DNA of 63,144 nucleotides, filler included, from Rozella allomycis CSF55 (Eukaryota): NCBI GenBank assembly GCA_000442015.1. It is 12 parts of 12 records of this genome, joined end to end, with 100 filler letters (N's around TTAATTAATTAA, not from the genome) between each part and the next. Parts side by side here need not be neighbours in the genome. Positions count along the whole stretch, not along the records: positions 61,096 to 63,144 come from KE560375.1; 11 more parts are not named here. One strand, 5' to 3'. Shown piece by piece: positions 62,876 to 63,144 of this stretch (position 1 is its first letter; each line of letters starts with the position of its first letter). The notes under the pieces were generated by a model. It saw only the letters and a program-made list of their open reading frames with translations, ran no database searches and was not told where the DNA came from. The position numbers and the translations under genes were made by a program.

Positions 62876-63144
62876 TTAACTTCTTACGCTCACTTTATTT
62901 GGACCTCCCGCTGACTTGCTCATGTCTAAAAATAGAAACACAAAATCTTTACTTAACGTTGAGAGCTGCGTCTGTTTCCAATCTTAAAGCATTTAATTTA
63001 ATCGCAAGAAAATCAAAAATCTTCTCTTTCGCTGCATCAATTTGGCTTCCTTCTTCAACATTAAATCCTAAAGTTGCGCTGCCTTGTTCATGAAGCGCAA
63101 ACAGATTGGCAATCTCAGCTGTTGAATCAAACCCTGCATTCTCA
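62876..63144 (-). pseudogene. CCT8: CCT8 (TCP-1 theta) C-terminal fragment, apparently disrupted
   Basis: ENAGFD...LFALHEQG...IFDFLAIKLNALRLETDAALNV followed by MSKSAGGP; the conserved LRVDQII is missing and the intron does not restore frame. Confidence 0.6.

Overview
This window is not one locus. It is 12 eukaryotic contigs joined by 11 artificial 100-nt spacers (N-run/TTAATTAATTAA/N-run). About 20 single-'n' joins, most flanked by overlapping divergent copies, look like uncollapsed haplotypes. The genome is AT-rich and very compact, with tiny spliceosomal introns: about 80 traced by hand, nearly all 25-32 nt. Gene content mixes fungal-type genes (Vfa1, Ysc84, Crypton/GCR1_C) with cilium-associated genes (SPATA17-like, CDKL, ELMOD). 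That points to a zoosporic early-diverging fungus, plausibly a Rozella-like endoparasite (inference only). Recognisable genes include SNF2/STH1, CDKL, PI-PLC-X, GDPD, MED1, SSF1/PPAN, CAMKK/SAK1, YSC84, DCAF4-like, DUF924, CLF1, PDCD7-like, DnaJ-TMEM185, PEX3, AMPK-beta, JmjC, PUF6, TDP1, ELMOD, MOB4, an SDR and an MFS, plus tRNA-Ile(AAU) and tRNA-Tyr(GUA). Decayed hAT, Helitron, LINE, Crypton, Copia and Gypsy elements are also present. Four observations stand out: (1) three tiny introns in TDP1 and ELMOD that appear to end in TG rather than AG; (2) a tandemly duplicated intron with a zero-length exon in SNF2; (3) a tandem pair of intronless secreted proteins carrying PP1-docking, PKA-pseudosubstrate-like and degron-like motifs, which are candidate parasite effectors; (4) sharp G-to-C strand-skew switches inside SNF2 and CLF1. 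All family calls come from motif recognition by eye, not database searches.
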